Position numbers and translations under genes: made by a program
Notes under the pieces: generated by a model
What the model saw: only the letters and a program-made list of their open reading frames with translations
Told to the model about the DNA's origin: nothing
Database searches by the model: none
From: an uncultured Pseudomonadota bacterium
GTDB taxonomy: Bacteria; Oederibacteriota; Muellerivitia; Muellerivitales; Muellerivitaceae
Direction: 5' to 3'
DNA: 64,000 nucleotides
Assembly: GCA_963843375.1 (NCBI GenBank)
Contig: CAWJKT010000014.1
Coordinates: forward strand, 32,001 to 96,000
Shown: piece after piece, positions 53,850-63,378 of the stretch
Numbering within the stretch: position 1 is the first letter of the stretch
Layout: each line of letters starts with the position of its first letter

Positions 53850-54812
53850 ATGGGGATTCTGAAAAATCCAACCCTCCAAAAGGCCGTGGACTTCTTTCGC
53901 CCCTTACCCGAAGAAACCTATAGCTTCGGGGTATGTTTAGGTAGGCGGGAAATAAGCGTAATGGAAACCCTGGAGTTAGCGGATAAAGTCCAGGTTCGTT
54001 ATTTGGAAACCTTCCCTTTGCCTGTTCCTTTTTGGGTTGGATCTCCCCCGCCGGAGGCCCTTTCGGCCCTTGTCTCGGTATTGACTCCTCTTTTTCAAGA
54101 AAATGAAAATTACCGGACTCTCCAAGTTTCCCTCCCGGATCCCGTTGCGCATTGGGAAGTTTTTGAATTGGAGAAGATTCCCGTTAACGGAACACCCCTG
54201 GAGAAATTCCTCAACTGGAGGTTGAAATCGGACACTTTGGACAAGGCTTCCCTTGTCTTGGCCAGCCAGTATCTGGGCGAGGAAAAAGGAAAGAAACTGC
54301 TCTTGGGAGTGGCCCTGGACCGCGCTTGGCTTCAACTGGTCAGCAAGGCCTTTGAAGAGGCCAAGGCAAGGGTTTCCGTTCTCGACTTGGCCTCCCGGTT
54401 CAGGTTCAACTTGTTGCGCGATAACTTGCCCCCGAAAGTTCCAGGCGCTCTAGTCAGTCTGGAAAGTGATTATTGGACATTGTTGATTTGGGATGCCCAA
54501 GGCCGTCCACGCTTCCAAAGATCCAAATGGTGGAGGGTGCAAATTCGGGAACCCAAGAACCTCCCTTTATCCGAAATGGTTTTGGAAACGGAAAGAACCA
54601 TCCGTTCCTATGTGCATTCGGGCCCGGATCGTTCGGTGGAAAGTCTCTTGCTGGTTGCCCCGGAAGAATGGAAGGAAAGGGCCGTTCAAGTTTTCCAGAA
54701 ACCCACCGAAGGCAGGATCACCGGTCTATCTTTTAATAAGCTTTTTAAAGTTGAAGGTTCTTTCGAACCGGGTATTTCCCCCTCCCTTTTGGCCACGGCG
54801 GTAAGAAGATGA
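53850..54812 (+). CDS. PilM/GspL-like cytoplasmic assembly protein
   Basis: Position between gspE and the PilN-like gene; VSLPD and ERTI..Y motifs resemble the actin-like PilM fold. Confidence 0.55.
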   Translation: MGILKNPTLQKAVDFFRPLPEETYSFGVCLGRREISVMETLELADKVQVRYLETFPLPVPFWVGSPPPEALSALVSVLTPLFQENENYRTLQVSLPDPVAHWEVFELEKIPVNGTPLEKFLNWRLKSDTLDKASLVLASQYLGEEKGKKLLLGVALDRAWLQLVSKAFEEAKARVSVLDLASRFRFNLLRDNLPPKVPGALVSLESDYWTLLIWDAQGRPRFQRSKWWRVQIREPKNLPLSEMVLETERTIRSYVHSGPDRSVESLLLVAPEEWKERAVQVFQKPTEGRITGLSFNKLFKVEGSFEPGISPSLLATAVRR

Positions 54813-55354
54813 GGATTGAAACGAACTTTTCATTTCCCTTCCACCGGTGCCTTCCGGTGCTGGTGGGGCTTGGATGGGGAGGGGCTATTTTGGGACTGAT
54901 TCTGTTGATGGGCTTGATCTTGAATGGACTTCACCTGCGTCAGGATAACCCGCAACTGCAAAAAAAAATGGCCGAACTACAGAAAGAACCCGTGATGACC
55001 GTCTCCCAGGGTGACCTGCCTTCGGCGGAGGATATTTCGAACTTGCGCCGCCACTTGGAGGAATTAAACCGGCTTCAAGCCGGAGCCGGCCCCTCCGTGG
55101 CCGAGTTACTGGCGAAAATGGAAAAAATGACTCCTCCCACCGTGCGTTTGCTTAGCTTCCAAAGCGATCGGGAGAGCGGAGGGGTCCAATTGGTCGCGCA
55201 AGCTCAGAACCTGGACGTCTTGTCACGCTTTTTGGAAACATTGGAAAAGTCTGATATTTATTCCCGCGTGAACTTGGCCAAGCAGACGCAGGCCCAGGAT
55301 AGATCAGGCAATTGGATCCAATTTTCGGTTGATTTGACAGAGAGTCCGCTATGA
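54809..55354 (+). CDS. PilN-like assembly protein
   Basis: One TM plus coiled coil; LL..MEK..P..VRLLS and FLETLEKS..YSRV. Confidence 0.7.
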   Translation: MRIETNFSFPFHRCLPVLVGLGWGGAILGLILLMGLILNGLHLRQDNPQLQKKMAELQKEPVMTVSQGDLPSAEDISNLRRHLEELNRLQAGAGPSVAELLAKMEKMTPPTVRLLSFQSDRESGGVQLVAQAQNLDVLSRFLETLEKSDIYSRVNLAKQTQAQDRSGNWIQFSVDLTESPL

Positions 55355-55926
55355 TCCCCGTCCGATTATTTGGGGGATACCTCCAGGATGCCTGGAAACA
55401 TCCCAAACTCCAACGAGCTGCCTTGGCCGCTTCGGTCTTCGCTTTTTTGGATTTATTGATCCTGGTTGTGTTTTGGATGCCCGCAGCCTGGGGTCATTAC
55501 CAGTTGGAAAAGGCAATTGAGGAAAATCGCTCTGCCCGGTTGAAAGCCGCTCATTCCCGCGAAGCGGTCGAATCCTATGCCCGGCTTTCCCATTTGGCCG
55601 GAATATTTGAGGATAAATGGAAAACACCCGTAACCCAGGCCGGCTTGGTGGAATCGCTTACCCGATCCGCCACCAGACACCGGCTGAGAGTGCTTTCACA
55701 GAATTTCGACGTGAAAAATCTGCCCGATGGGGGCATGGTCTTTGAGCAAAATTTGTCTTTGTCCGGTAATTATGAATCCCTCCGGGACTTTCTGGGGGGG
55801 GTGGACGACTTGCCAAATTTGACGGTGGTACGTCAGGCGAGGCTGGAACGAGAGGGTGAGGCGGGAGCGAAGGTACGAGCCACGCTTCTGGTTTTGACCT
55901 ATCAGAAAAGTCCGGGAGGAACATGA
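55351..55926 (+). CDS. PilO/GspM-like assembly protein
   Basis: One TM; LSLSGNYESLRDFL..LP. Confidence 0.7.
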   Translation: MIPVRLFGGYLQDAWKHPKLQRAALAASVFAFLDLLILVVFWMPAAWGHYQLEKAIEENRSARLKAAHSREAVESYARLSHLAGIFEDKWKTPVTQAGLVESLTRSATRHRLRVLSQNFDVKNLPDGGMVFEQNLSLSGNYESLRDFLGGVDDLPNLTVVRQARLEREGEAGAKVRATLLVLTYQKSPGGT

Positions 55927-56495
55927 TCATGTTCCGGAAAAAACCGGTTCTTTGGATTTCGGTGATCGGCATCCTGGCTTTATTGAACCTGGCCCGTTGG
56001 GTTCCGGTCCTATGGAAGGAGAACCTTTCAACTGGCCGGGAGGATTCGCAATGGCTGAAACTGGACTTTCCGGAACCGCTGAATACAGAGGACCAAAAGA
56101 TCCGGAGGGATTTGTTCGCCCTGGTGCCTTCGGGAAACACCCCCGTGAAACGGGTGGTTCGGGCGGCTGCGGAACCCACGCCGGCCGAAAGCCCCACCCC
56201 CTCATTTCCGGATGGGTCGGTTATGGAGGCGGCGGGAGGCTATCGGTTGATGGGCGTGGTTTCCCGGGAAGGCTTCAGCCAGGTCTTGATTGAACGGGGG
56301 ACCCAGCTGTTCCAAGCGGGACCGGGGGACAACCTGGAAGACCGTTACCAAATCCAATCCATTACTCAAGATGAAGTTTATTTGACTGAAAAGGCTACGG
56401 GGAACACGCTAAAGCTTCGAATTTGGGATTCAACCACAGCTTCTATTCCAGGCTCTCAAACCAACGGGGGTGTGACCATTCATGAACATGACTGA
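55923..56495 (+). CDS. PilP/GspC-like periplasmic protein
   Basis: N-terminal TM, RDLF, YRLMGVV..GD.LE.RYQIQSI. Confidence 0.6.
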   Translation: MIMFRKKPVLWISVIGILALLNLARWVPVLWKENLSTGREDSQWLKLDFPEPLNTEDQKIRRDLFALVPSGNTPVKRVVRAAAEPTPAESPTPSFPDGSVMEAAGGYRLMGVVSREGFSQVLIERGTQLFQAGPGDNLEDRYQIQSITQDEVYLTEKATGNTLKLRIWDSTTASIPGSQTNGGVTIHEHD

Positions 56496-58794
56496 ACCAA
56501 GATTGCCTCGAAGCCTGTTTTTCAAGGATTCTGGAATTCCGCTCCCGTTGCGTTTGGGCGGCCTTTTACTGATGGTAACTCTGGCCGGCGGATGCGCATC
56601 CCTGCCCAAGCCCGAAAACCACGTTAGTAAAGCCGAATGGATAAAGGCGGTGCAGGAATATCGCAAGCAATACACCGAAAACCCGACTGACTATGAGATC
56701 AAGATGAAATTGGAAGAGGCCGAATTGAACGCCGCCGAGGCCTTTTATGAAGACGGCATGGCCCTGGAGAAAAAGGGCGGTTTGGACGACGCCATTTACC
56801 AGTTCCGCGAGGGCCTTTCGGCGATGCCCGACAACGAGAAGATCGCTAACGCCCTCAAGAATGCCTTGGAACAGAAAGAAGCCAATACCTTTTACGAACA
56901 GGCTGTGGATTTGGACAAGGCCGGAAAGGAGGAAGATGCCAAGAACCTCTTGACTCAGGCTCTGGAAGCAGACCCGGACCAAGAGGGCGCGAAGGCACTT
57001 TTGGAAAAAATCAAGTCCGAGTTGCCCGAGGCCACGGGAGGCTTGGTCTTCACATCCAGGGAGCCTGTATCCCTGCACTTCAACCATACAGATCTTAAGG
57101 CGGCTTTTGATTTCATCGGAAGAGATTTCGGCATCAACGTTCTTTTTGACGGGGACCTGAAGGAACAAACCGTGACCCTCTCCGCCGAAAACGTGACCTT
57201 CGACCAAGCCTTGGACTTGATCCTCCACACCACCCAGACTTTTTCCAAACCCGTGGGTCCCAATTCCATCCTCGTGGCCGACGACACCCCGGAAAAGCAT
57301 GCCCAATACGACGACCTTCTTATCAAGAATATCCAGCTCAATTCGGTCCGAGCCCCCGATATGGCGAACCTGCTGAAAAGCATCATCGACTTGAAGCACG
57401 TGGTTGTGAACGAGCAGTTGAATACTCTCACGATCCGCGACACGGCGGACAAGCTGAAGCTAGCCCAGGAAATTATCGAGGCCAATGACCGTCCGCCCGC
57501 CGAGGTGCTTTTAGACGTGGAAATTTTGGAGGTCGACCGTACAAAGGCTGAACAACTGGGCATGGATTACGGCCAGTTCGTACAATTCTCCCCGCCTTAC
57601 TATACAACCTTATCCAATGTGACCGGGGGGAACCTGGCTAGCACACTGGGGCAGGTAAGTTTAACTTTGCCCACCCTCACCCTGAATTACTTCAAGCAAG
57701 ACGTGGACGCCAAGACCTTGGCCCATCCCCAAATCCGAACCTTGGACAGCAAGGAGGCCAAGATCCATATTGGCGACCGTGTGCCTTTGGCCTCGGCTAA
57801 TATCCAACCCACCAATGGCGGGGTTTTGCAAACCACCTATACCTACAGCGACATCGGGGTTCTGCTCGATATCCTTCCCGTCATCAACCTGGACCGCACC
57901 GTGCAGGTGAAACTCTCTCTTGAAGTCAGTTCACTGGGCCCCAACATCGGCACGAGCGGAACTCCCGCCTATGAGATCCTCACCCGGGATGCGGACAGCA
58001 CCATGTTGCTTCACGACGGGGAATCGGCCGTACTTGGAGGGCTGATCCAGGATAACGACTCCAAAACCCACAACCATCTTCCCATTATTGGGGATTTCCC
58101 GATCCTGGGGGATTATCTTGCTGGTAACGTCAACAATTCCGACAGCCGAACAGACGTCCTTTTAACCATCACGCCCCATATCGTCCGAGATTGGAATTTT
58201 CCCCACAAGGAACTGCAGGAAGTTTATTCGGGAACACAAAACAGCCTTTCCAGCAAGCCCCTGTTCAGCCTTTTCCAGCAAAAAGCCGCTGGAGGAGGGA
58301 CTCCCAAGATTGCCCTGGGTCCAGGCTCCACCGAGAGCGCTCAACCCCCACCGCAAGGAACACCCGTTCCGATATTCTCGGGGGTAATGGCAAATGGGGG
58401 TGTGGCCTTTTCCTTCGACCAGTCCCAATATGAGGCCGGCCTTGGGCAACCCGTTGAACTGAAGCTATATGGAGAAAACCTGGGCAAACTCAAAAACTTT
58501 CCGCTGGCCGTGGCTTTCAACGCCAGTTACCTGAAATTCGCTTCCGCCAAGCCGGGTTCGGCGGCGGTGGAAAAGGTGGAATCCGATTCGGATGAAAAGC
58601 ACGGTATGGTCCGGATGAACCTTACCCTTAAACCCGACCAGATCGGTACGGGCCCAACTGAGTTGGCCGATCTTGAGCTCAATGGTTATACCCCTGGTAT
58701 TTCCTATTTGATTTTTCTAAATCCAACATTCAAGGACGAGAATGGAAATGATATCCAAGCACAGGCCCATGCCTCCCGCATTGTGGTCAAATAA
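56482..58794 (+). CDS. gspD: Secretin with lipobox, N-terminal TPRs and C-terminal cohesin-like domain
   Basis: LAGGC; TPR helices; EVLLDVEILEV, IHIGDRVP, DGESAVLGGLI and LLTITPHIV. Confidence 0.92.
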   Translation: MNMTEPRLPRSLFFKDSGIPLPLRLGGLLLMVTLAGGCASLPKPENHVSKAEWIKAVQEYRKQYTENPTDYEIKMKLEEAELNAAEAFYEDGMALEKKGGLDDAIYQFREGLSAMPDNEKIANALKNALEQKEANTFYEQAVDLDKAGKEEDAKNLLTQALEADPDQEGAKALLEKIKSELPEATGGLVFTSREPVSLHFNHTDLKAAFDFIGRDFGINVLFDGDLKEQTVTLSAENVTFDQALDLILHTTQTFSKPVGPNSILVADDTPEKHAQYDDLLIKNIQLNSVRAPDMANLLKSIIDLKHVVVNEQLNTLTIRDTADKLKLAQEIIEANDRPPAEVLLDVEILEVDRTKAEQLGMDYGQFVQFSPPYYTTLSNVTGGNLASTLGQVSLTLPTLTLNYFKQDVDAKTLAHPQIRTLDSKEAKIHIGDRVPLASANIQPTNGGVLQTTYTYSDIGVLLDILPVINLDRTVQVKLSLEVSSLGPNIGTSGTPAYEILTRDADSTMLLHDGESAVLGGLIQDNDSKTHNHLPIIGDFPILGDYLAGNVNNSDSRTDVLLTITPHIVRDWNFPHKELQEVYSGTQNSLSSKPLFSLFQQKAAGGGTPKIALGPGSTESAQPPPQGTPVPIFSGVMANGGVAFSFDQSQYEAGLGQPVELKLYGENLGKLKNFPLAVAFNASYLKFASAKPGSAAVEKVESDSDEKHGMVRMNLTLKPDQIGTGPTELADLELNGYTPGISYLIFLNPTFKDENGNDIQAQAHASRIVVK

Positions 58795-59284
58795 AAGTTT
58801 CCGCCGCCAGGATGAGCGGGGTTTCAGCCTTGTGGAAATGCTGGTGGTCTTGTCCATCCTCTCCATTCTGGTGGCAGTCACCCTACCCTATGCCGAAACC
58901 ACTGTTCGGCGTGACAAGGAATTGGAATTGCGCCGGGATTTAAGGCAGATGCGCACCGCCATCGACCGGTTCCATGAAGATTGGCAAAACGGGGTCATCC
59001 CGAAATTAGGGTCAGACACCAGTGACGACGGTTTTCCCAAGAACCTGGAGGTCCTGGTGGAAGGGGTGGAAAAAAGCGGCCCCAAGCCGGTTAAACAAAA
59101 ATACCTCCGGCGAATTCCCGAAAACCCCTTCGGCGACAAAGATCTTCCTCCCGACCAGCAGTGGGGGTTGCACAGTTATGACGACCAGCCGGACTTCACA
59201 CAATGGGGGGGAGAGGACGTCTACGATGTATATTGCCTCGGGGATGAGAAAGCCTTGGACGGGAGTTATTACCATGATTGGTAA
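58769..59284 (+). CDS. Pseudopilin (GspG-like)
   Basis: G|FSLVEML N-methylation site; R.AID.F, YLRRIP and VYDV. Confidence 0.88.
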   Translation: MPPALWSNKSFRRQDERGFSLVEMLVVLSILSILVAVTLPYAETTVRRDKELELRRDLRQMRTAIDRFHEDWQNGVIPKLGSDTSDDGFPKNLEVLVEGVEKSGPKPVKQKYLRRIPENPFGDKDLPPDQQWGLHSYDDQPDFTQWGGEDVYDVYCLGDEKALDGSYYHDW

Positions 59285-59675
59285 CTGGAAAAGGAATCTT
59301 TTTTCTGACGACGGCTTCACCTTCATCGAATTGTTGATTGTCCTGGCCATCATGGCCCTTTTGTCTAGCCTGGTGGTCTCAGTTTCCATGGGGAAAATCA
59401 GGCAGTCCAAGGAATCGGCCCTGAAAGAAAACCTTTATAATATGAGGAAGGCGATTGATGATTTTTATGCGGATAAGGGTAAGTACCCGGTAAAACTAGA
59501 GGATTTGGTTGAGAATCATTACATTCGCTCGATCCCCGTGGACCCCTTGACCGAAAGCGAAGCCACTTGGCAGACGGTGATTTCCCAAGATCCGACCCAA
59601 AAGGGAGGGATCGTGGACATCCATAGCGGATCCCAGGAGAAAACAAATGATGGAAAGTCCTACAACGAATGGTGA
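59274..59675 (+). CDS. Pseudopilin (GspG-like)
   Basis: G|FTFIELL; RKAIDDFY.DKG.YP and IPVDPLT. Confidence 0.88.
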   Translation: MIGNWKRNLFSDDGFTFIELLIVLAIMALLSSLVVSVSMGKIRQSKESALKENLYNMRKAIDDFYADKGKYPVKLEDLVENHYIRSIPVDPLTESEATWQTVISQDPTQKGGIVDIHSGSQEKTNDGKSYNEW

Positions 59676-59685
59676 GGGGGGGATT

Positions 59686-60165
59686 TTGAACTTTAAGAAA
59701 TCAGCTTTAAGGCCGAGGAATAAACGGCATGGGGGATTAAAACCTTTGACCCAATCTGGTTTCACCCTGATTGAGCTATTGATTGTCCTGGTCATCCTAT
59801 CCCTTTTGGCCGCCCTAGTGGGCCCTGCCCTGGTTGAAAGGCTCAAACCGGCCAAACGTACGGCTGCCCAAGCCCAGATCGAAGAGTTCATGGCCGCATT
59901 GGATAATTATTATGTGGATGTGGGACGCTACCCCACCATAGAGGAAGGCCTGCAGGCATTACGTGAAAAACCCTCTTCAGCTAAGAAGTGGGATGGACCC
60001 TATCTGAAAAAGGAAATCCCCTTGGACCCTTGGGGAAACCCCTACGTCTACAGGGCACCTGGCCGCAATGGGGGATATGAGATTGTTTCCTATGGTGCCG
60101 ATGGGAAAGAAGGGGGTGAGGGAGATAATACCGATATTAATAGCTGGGAAAGCACGAAAAAATAA
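59686..60165 (+). CDS. gspG: Major pseudopilin GspG
   Basis: G|FTLIELL; D.GRYP...GL.AL, WDGPYL, DPWGNPY and SYGADG. Confidence 0.93.
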   Translation: MNFKKSALRPRNKRHGGLKPLTQSGFTLIELLIVLVILSLLAALVGPALVERLKPAKRTAAQAQIEEFMAALDNYYVDVGRYPTIEEGLQALREKPSSAKKWDGPYLKKEIPLDPWGNPYVYRAPGRNGGYEIVSYGADGKEGGEGDNTDINSWESTKK

Positions 60166-60238
60166 AAAGCTCTTCGAAGGAGCATTGGGAAACCCAAGAA
60201 AATGAATATAAAAACGATCACGAATCCTTTTTGGTGAT

Positions 60239-60757
60239 TTGAATGTGAAAAAATTAAATGAAAATGGCTATGCATATGTGATGGTTCTGGCGGCGGTAGT
60301 GGTTTTGGCTATTCTGGCAGAGACGGCCGCCATTTTTACTTCTTACGAAGTTCGACATGACCGCGAGGAAGAACTGTTGTTCCGCGGTTATGCTTATGAA
60401 AGGGCCATTCAAAGTTATTACCTGTCAAAACAACCCGGAATGACGCCCGCTTTTCCGCGTCAATTGGAAGATCTTCTATTGGATCCGAGATTCGTCCATC
60501 AAAGGCATTTGAGGGCACTGTACCCAGATCCCATGGGGGTGGGGTGGAATCTGGTGAAGGCTTCGGACGGTGGGATAGCGGGTGTGGCCAGCCAATGTGA
60601 TGAAAAGCCAATGAAGCAGGATAATTTTCCTAACATTTTCATCAATTTTACCGGAGCCCAGCATTATTCCGATTGGATTTTCCTTTACCAGCCGGGTTCC
60701 TCGACTTTGCCGGGGCAACCAACCAATACTTCTTCTTGGTCTAACTCCAACCTTTAA
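60239..60757 (+). CDS. Minor pseudopilin lacking Glu5 (GspK-like)
   Basis: G|YAYVMVL; REEELLFRG, FP..LEDLL.D and HLR.LY.DP. Confidence 0.75.
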   Translation: MNVKKLNENGYAYVMVLAAVVVLAILAETAAIFTSYEVRHDREEELLFRGYAYERAIQSYYLSKQPGMTPAFPRQLEDLLLDPRFVHQRHLRALYPDPMGVGWNLVKASDGGIAGVASQCDEKPMKQDNFPNIFINFTGAQHYSDWIFLYQPGSSTLPGQPTNTSSWSNSNL

Positions 60758-60821
60758 TACGCCTTGGTTTGCATTGATAATTAGTAGGCGTTTTTAGGTA
60801 TAATCTTCGAAAGGATTTGGC

Positions 60822-61081
60822 TTGAGCAACAAACGAAAACTATTGACGCAAATCCTTAGTGGCCGTGCCGATGCAAATGTTCATTTTAATGAATTGGTTA
60901 ATTTGTTATTGGCCCTTGGATTCAGGGAACGAATTAAAAGTAGTCACCCATTTTCACGAAGACTGGGGTTGAAGAAATTAACAATCTTAAACCCAGTGGT
61001 GGTAAAGCTAAGCCTTACCAAGTTAAACAGTTAAGGGTTTTGATTGTGAAGTATCAGTTGGGAGGACTGCTCGATGACTAA
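60822..61081 (+). pseudogene. hicA: HicA-family toxin, frameshifted near 60948 (pseudogene or sequencing error)
   Basis: F.EL..LL..LGF..R.KSSH, then in another frame IFTKTGVEEI..L.P..GKAKPYQVKQ; overlaps hicB start. Confidence 0.7.
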
Positions 61082-61292
61082 CAGTAAATACGAAGTGATT
61101 ATCTACTGGAGCAAAGAAGATAAGGCTTATTTGGCGGAAGTGCCAGAGCTTCCCGGCTGTATGGCGGATGGGGAGACTTATGAGAAGGCGCTTAAAAACG
61201 TCCAAGTAATCATCAAAGAATGGATCGAAACGGCCCGAAAAGAACACCGTGCGATCCCGGAACCAAAAGGACGGAAGTTGGTATTTGCCTAG
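61074..61292 (+). CDS. hicB: HicB-family antitoxin (short, no HTH)
   Basis: YWSKED..YLAEVPELPGCMADGET.E.AL and IPEP. Confidence 0.9.
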   Translation: MTNSKYEVIIYWSKEDKAYLAEVPELPGCMADGETYEKALKNVQVIIKEWIETARKEHRAIPEPKGRKLVFA

Positions 61293-61494
61293 GGTTGTTT
61301 TTGCGTCGAGTTAGGGAAAACCAACAAAAAAGATTACCCTAACAGTTTAATAAAATATAAACTTCGCATAGACAAGATAGGGCTTTTGCGGGTTCTTTTT
61401 ATGTCTGATCAAACAGTCGTACTTATACGCGGATTTTATCTTTTTTATTAGCCTTTTCTAACCGGTTATAAGGTTGAATGGAAAGGTGTTGACG

Positions 61495-61523
61495 TTGACA
61501 GTGCTAATCCATATCCCTATCAT
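61495..61523 (+). promoter_or_regulatory. Sigma-70 promoter
   Basis: TTGACA-N17-TATCAT upstream of the FmdB-like gene. Confidence 0.7.
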
Positions 61524-61555
61524 TAATTCAAATTACCGATTTGGAGCGATTTTCG

Positions 61556-61855
61556 ATGCCAACTTATGAATATTCCTGTGATAAATGCGGTCCTTTTGAG
61601 ATTTGGCAATCCATCAAGGACAACGCCCTTGGGGTATGTCCCACCTGTGGTTCAAAGGTACAACGCTTGATTTCGGCTAACGTTGGGTTTGTCTTCAAAG
61701 GATCCGGTTTTTACCAAAATGATTATAAGAATACTTCCGCTGCCCCGGTTAAGGCGCCCAGCCCCGTCAAAGTGGAGGAGAAACCTAAGGGTGATATAGC
61801 TTCCGGTTGTGGTACTTGTGGGAGTCCCGACCCTTGTCCTTCGGGAAACAATTAA
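61556..61855 (+). CDS. FmdB-family zinc-ribbon protein
   Basis: MPTYEYSCDKCG..CPTCG..FKGSGFY.NDY; C-terminal CGTC..C tail. Confidence 0.9.
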   Translation: MPTYEYSCDKCGPFEIWQSIKDNALGVCPTCGSKVQRLISANVGFVFKGSGFYQNDYKNTSAAPVKAPSPVKVEEKPKGDIASGCGTCGSPDPCPSGNN

Positions 61856-61870
61856 CAAAAGGAGCGGACC

Positions 61871-62053
61871 TTGGCGCCAGGATGGATTGTGGGGATTATC
61901 GTAGGTTATGTGTTGTTTAACCTGGGTCTTTGGAAATCCGACTCCACTCCTAAGCCTCAGGATACCCTTTGGGCCTTGGTTATGCTGGGCGGCACCATTC
62001 TGATGTTTCTCTCGGTTTTACTTTGGGCCGTGCCCGGTTTTTTCGGTTCGTAA
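61871..62053 (+). CDS. Small two-TM hypothetical protein
   Basis: GGAG RBS before TTG; two hydrophobic helices. Confidence 0.5.
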   Translation: MAPGWIVGIIVGYVLFNLGLWKSDSTPKPQDTLWALVMLGGTILMFLSVLLWAVPGFFGS

Positions 62054-62077
62054 TCCACAACTGGAAGGTTTTTGGAA

Positions 62078-62425
62078 ATGAAAGAGCTTATCACCGAAGA
62101 ACAGGCCAACCTGATCATCCTTCTATTGTCCATCGCGGTGAGCTTGATAAGTGTGGGGTTTGGTTTTTATCAATCCTCGAAAGTGGAAAAGAGTAAAAAG
62201 AAACTTCATTGGATTAATAGTTTATTGTGCGCGCTGGTAGGTCCGGTGATTTGGATTTTTTGGGAAATCTATAATTCCATTGAAAATTATTATGGCTTGG
62301 ATTCTTTAAAAGCTCTTGAAATCAATTTTTTTATTGCGATCGGGATTGGGGCCGCTTTTTTTGTCTTGTTTTACTTCGTTCCAAGTTGGGTTCTGGAAAA
62401 ATCTGCGGCCAAGCGCTTGAAGTGA
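62078..62425 (+). CDS. Three-TM hypothetical membrane protein
   Basis: ORF with three hydrophobic segments. Confidence 0.6.
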   Translation: MKELITEEQANLIILLLSIAVSLISVGFGFYQSSKVEKSKKKLHWINSLLCALVGPVIWIFWEIYNSIENYYGLDSLKALEINFFIAIGIGAAFFVLFYFVPSWVLEKSAAKRLK

Positions 62426-62495
62426 TACCTGCTGGCAGTCCGCGGATTGCAACTCGGGACCAGCCCAAAAAACAAGTCCAAACGTCTAAAAACTA

Positions 62496-63378
62496 ATGAA
62501 CAAATCAGATCCGTTATCCATTTTAAAAGAAGTTCGCCGCCTGGAAATCGTCACGCGTGGCGCGGTTGATACCCTTTTAAAAGGCTCCTATAAAAGCACC
62601 TTTCGGGGCCGGGGCTTGGAATTCAACCAAGTCCGGGAATATACCCCCGAGGATGATTTCCGCACCATTGATTGGAACGTTACGGCCCGTTTAAACGCTC
62701 CCTTTGTTAAGACCTATATTGAGGAAAGGGAACTCCAGGTTTTCGTGGCTATCGATCTCTCCGCCTCTCTTTGGCATGGGACGGGGCCTCTGAGCAAAAG
62801 AGAAACGGCTTTGCGGCTTTGCGCGGTTCTCGCTTTCGCCGCGGTTCAACACCAGGATCGGGTTGGACTTTTGGTTTTCACCGACCGGGTGGAGTATTTC
62901 GTTCCTCCCAAAAGGGGAAAATCCGCCATCATGGGAGCTCTTCGGGACTTGGTGGCTTTTAAACCTATCGGCAAGAAGACGAACTACAAACCGGCTTTTC
63001 AAATGCTCACCAAGGTTCTCAAGCGCCGAAGCGTTCTTATGGTGATTTCGGATTTTACGGAAGCCCTTCCCATGGAAGCCGCTTCGGTTCTGGCTCGACG
63101 ACATGACCTTATGGCCGCCGTGGTGAGGGATCCGCTGGAAAAGGATTTCAAATTGCCCGCCCGATTGGCGGTCCATGACCCGGAAACGGGAAGAATGGGT
63201 TATCTTTCCCCCGGTTCCAGGATTGCTTTTCAAAAAGCCGACCAGTTCCGAGAAAGCCAATTGAGGGCTTTAATCGCCAAGGGCGCGGATATTCTGGACC
63301 TGACCGCAGGCCAAAACGTAATTCCTCTGCCTGGTCCAATTTTTTCGTAAACGTCAAGAACGGATGGGGCGACGATGA
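62496..63378 (+). CDS. DUF58 domain protein (MoxR/vWA-associated); frameshift near 63330
   Basis: FRGRGLEF..VREY...D.R.IDWNVTAR, EEREL, DLSAS and ISDF; corrected end LVQFFRKRQERMGRR*. Confidence 0.9.

Noticed and set aside
61495..61510. CAGTGCTAA, a CIRCE-like half-site
   Set aside because: The matching TTAGCACTC half is absent; the sequence is explained as a -35 box plus spacer.
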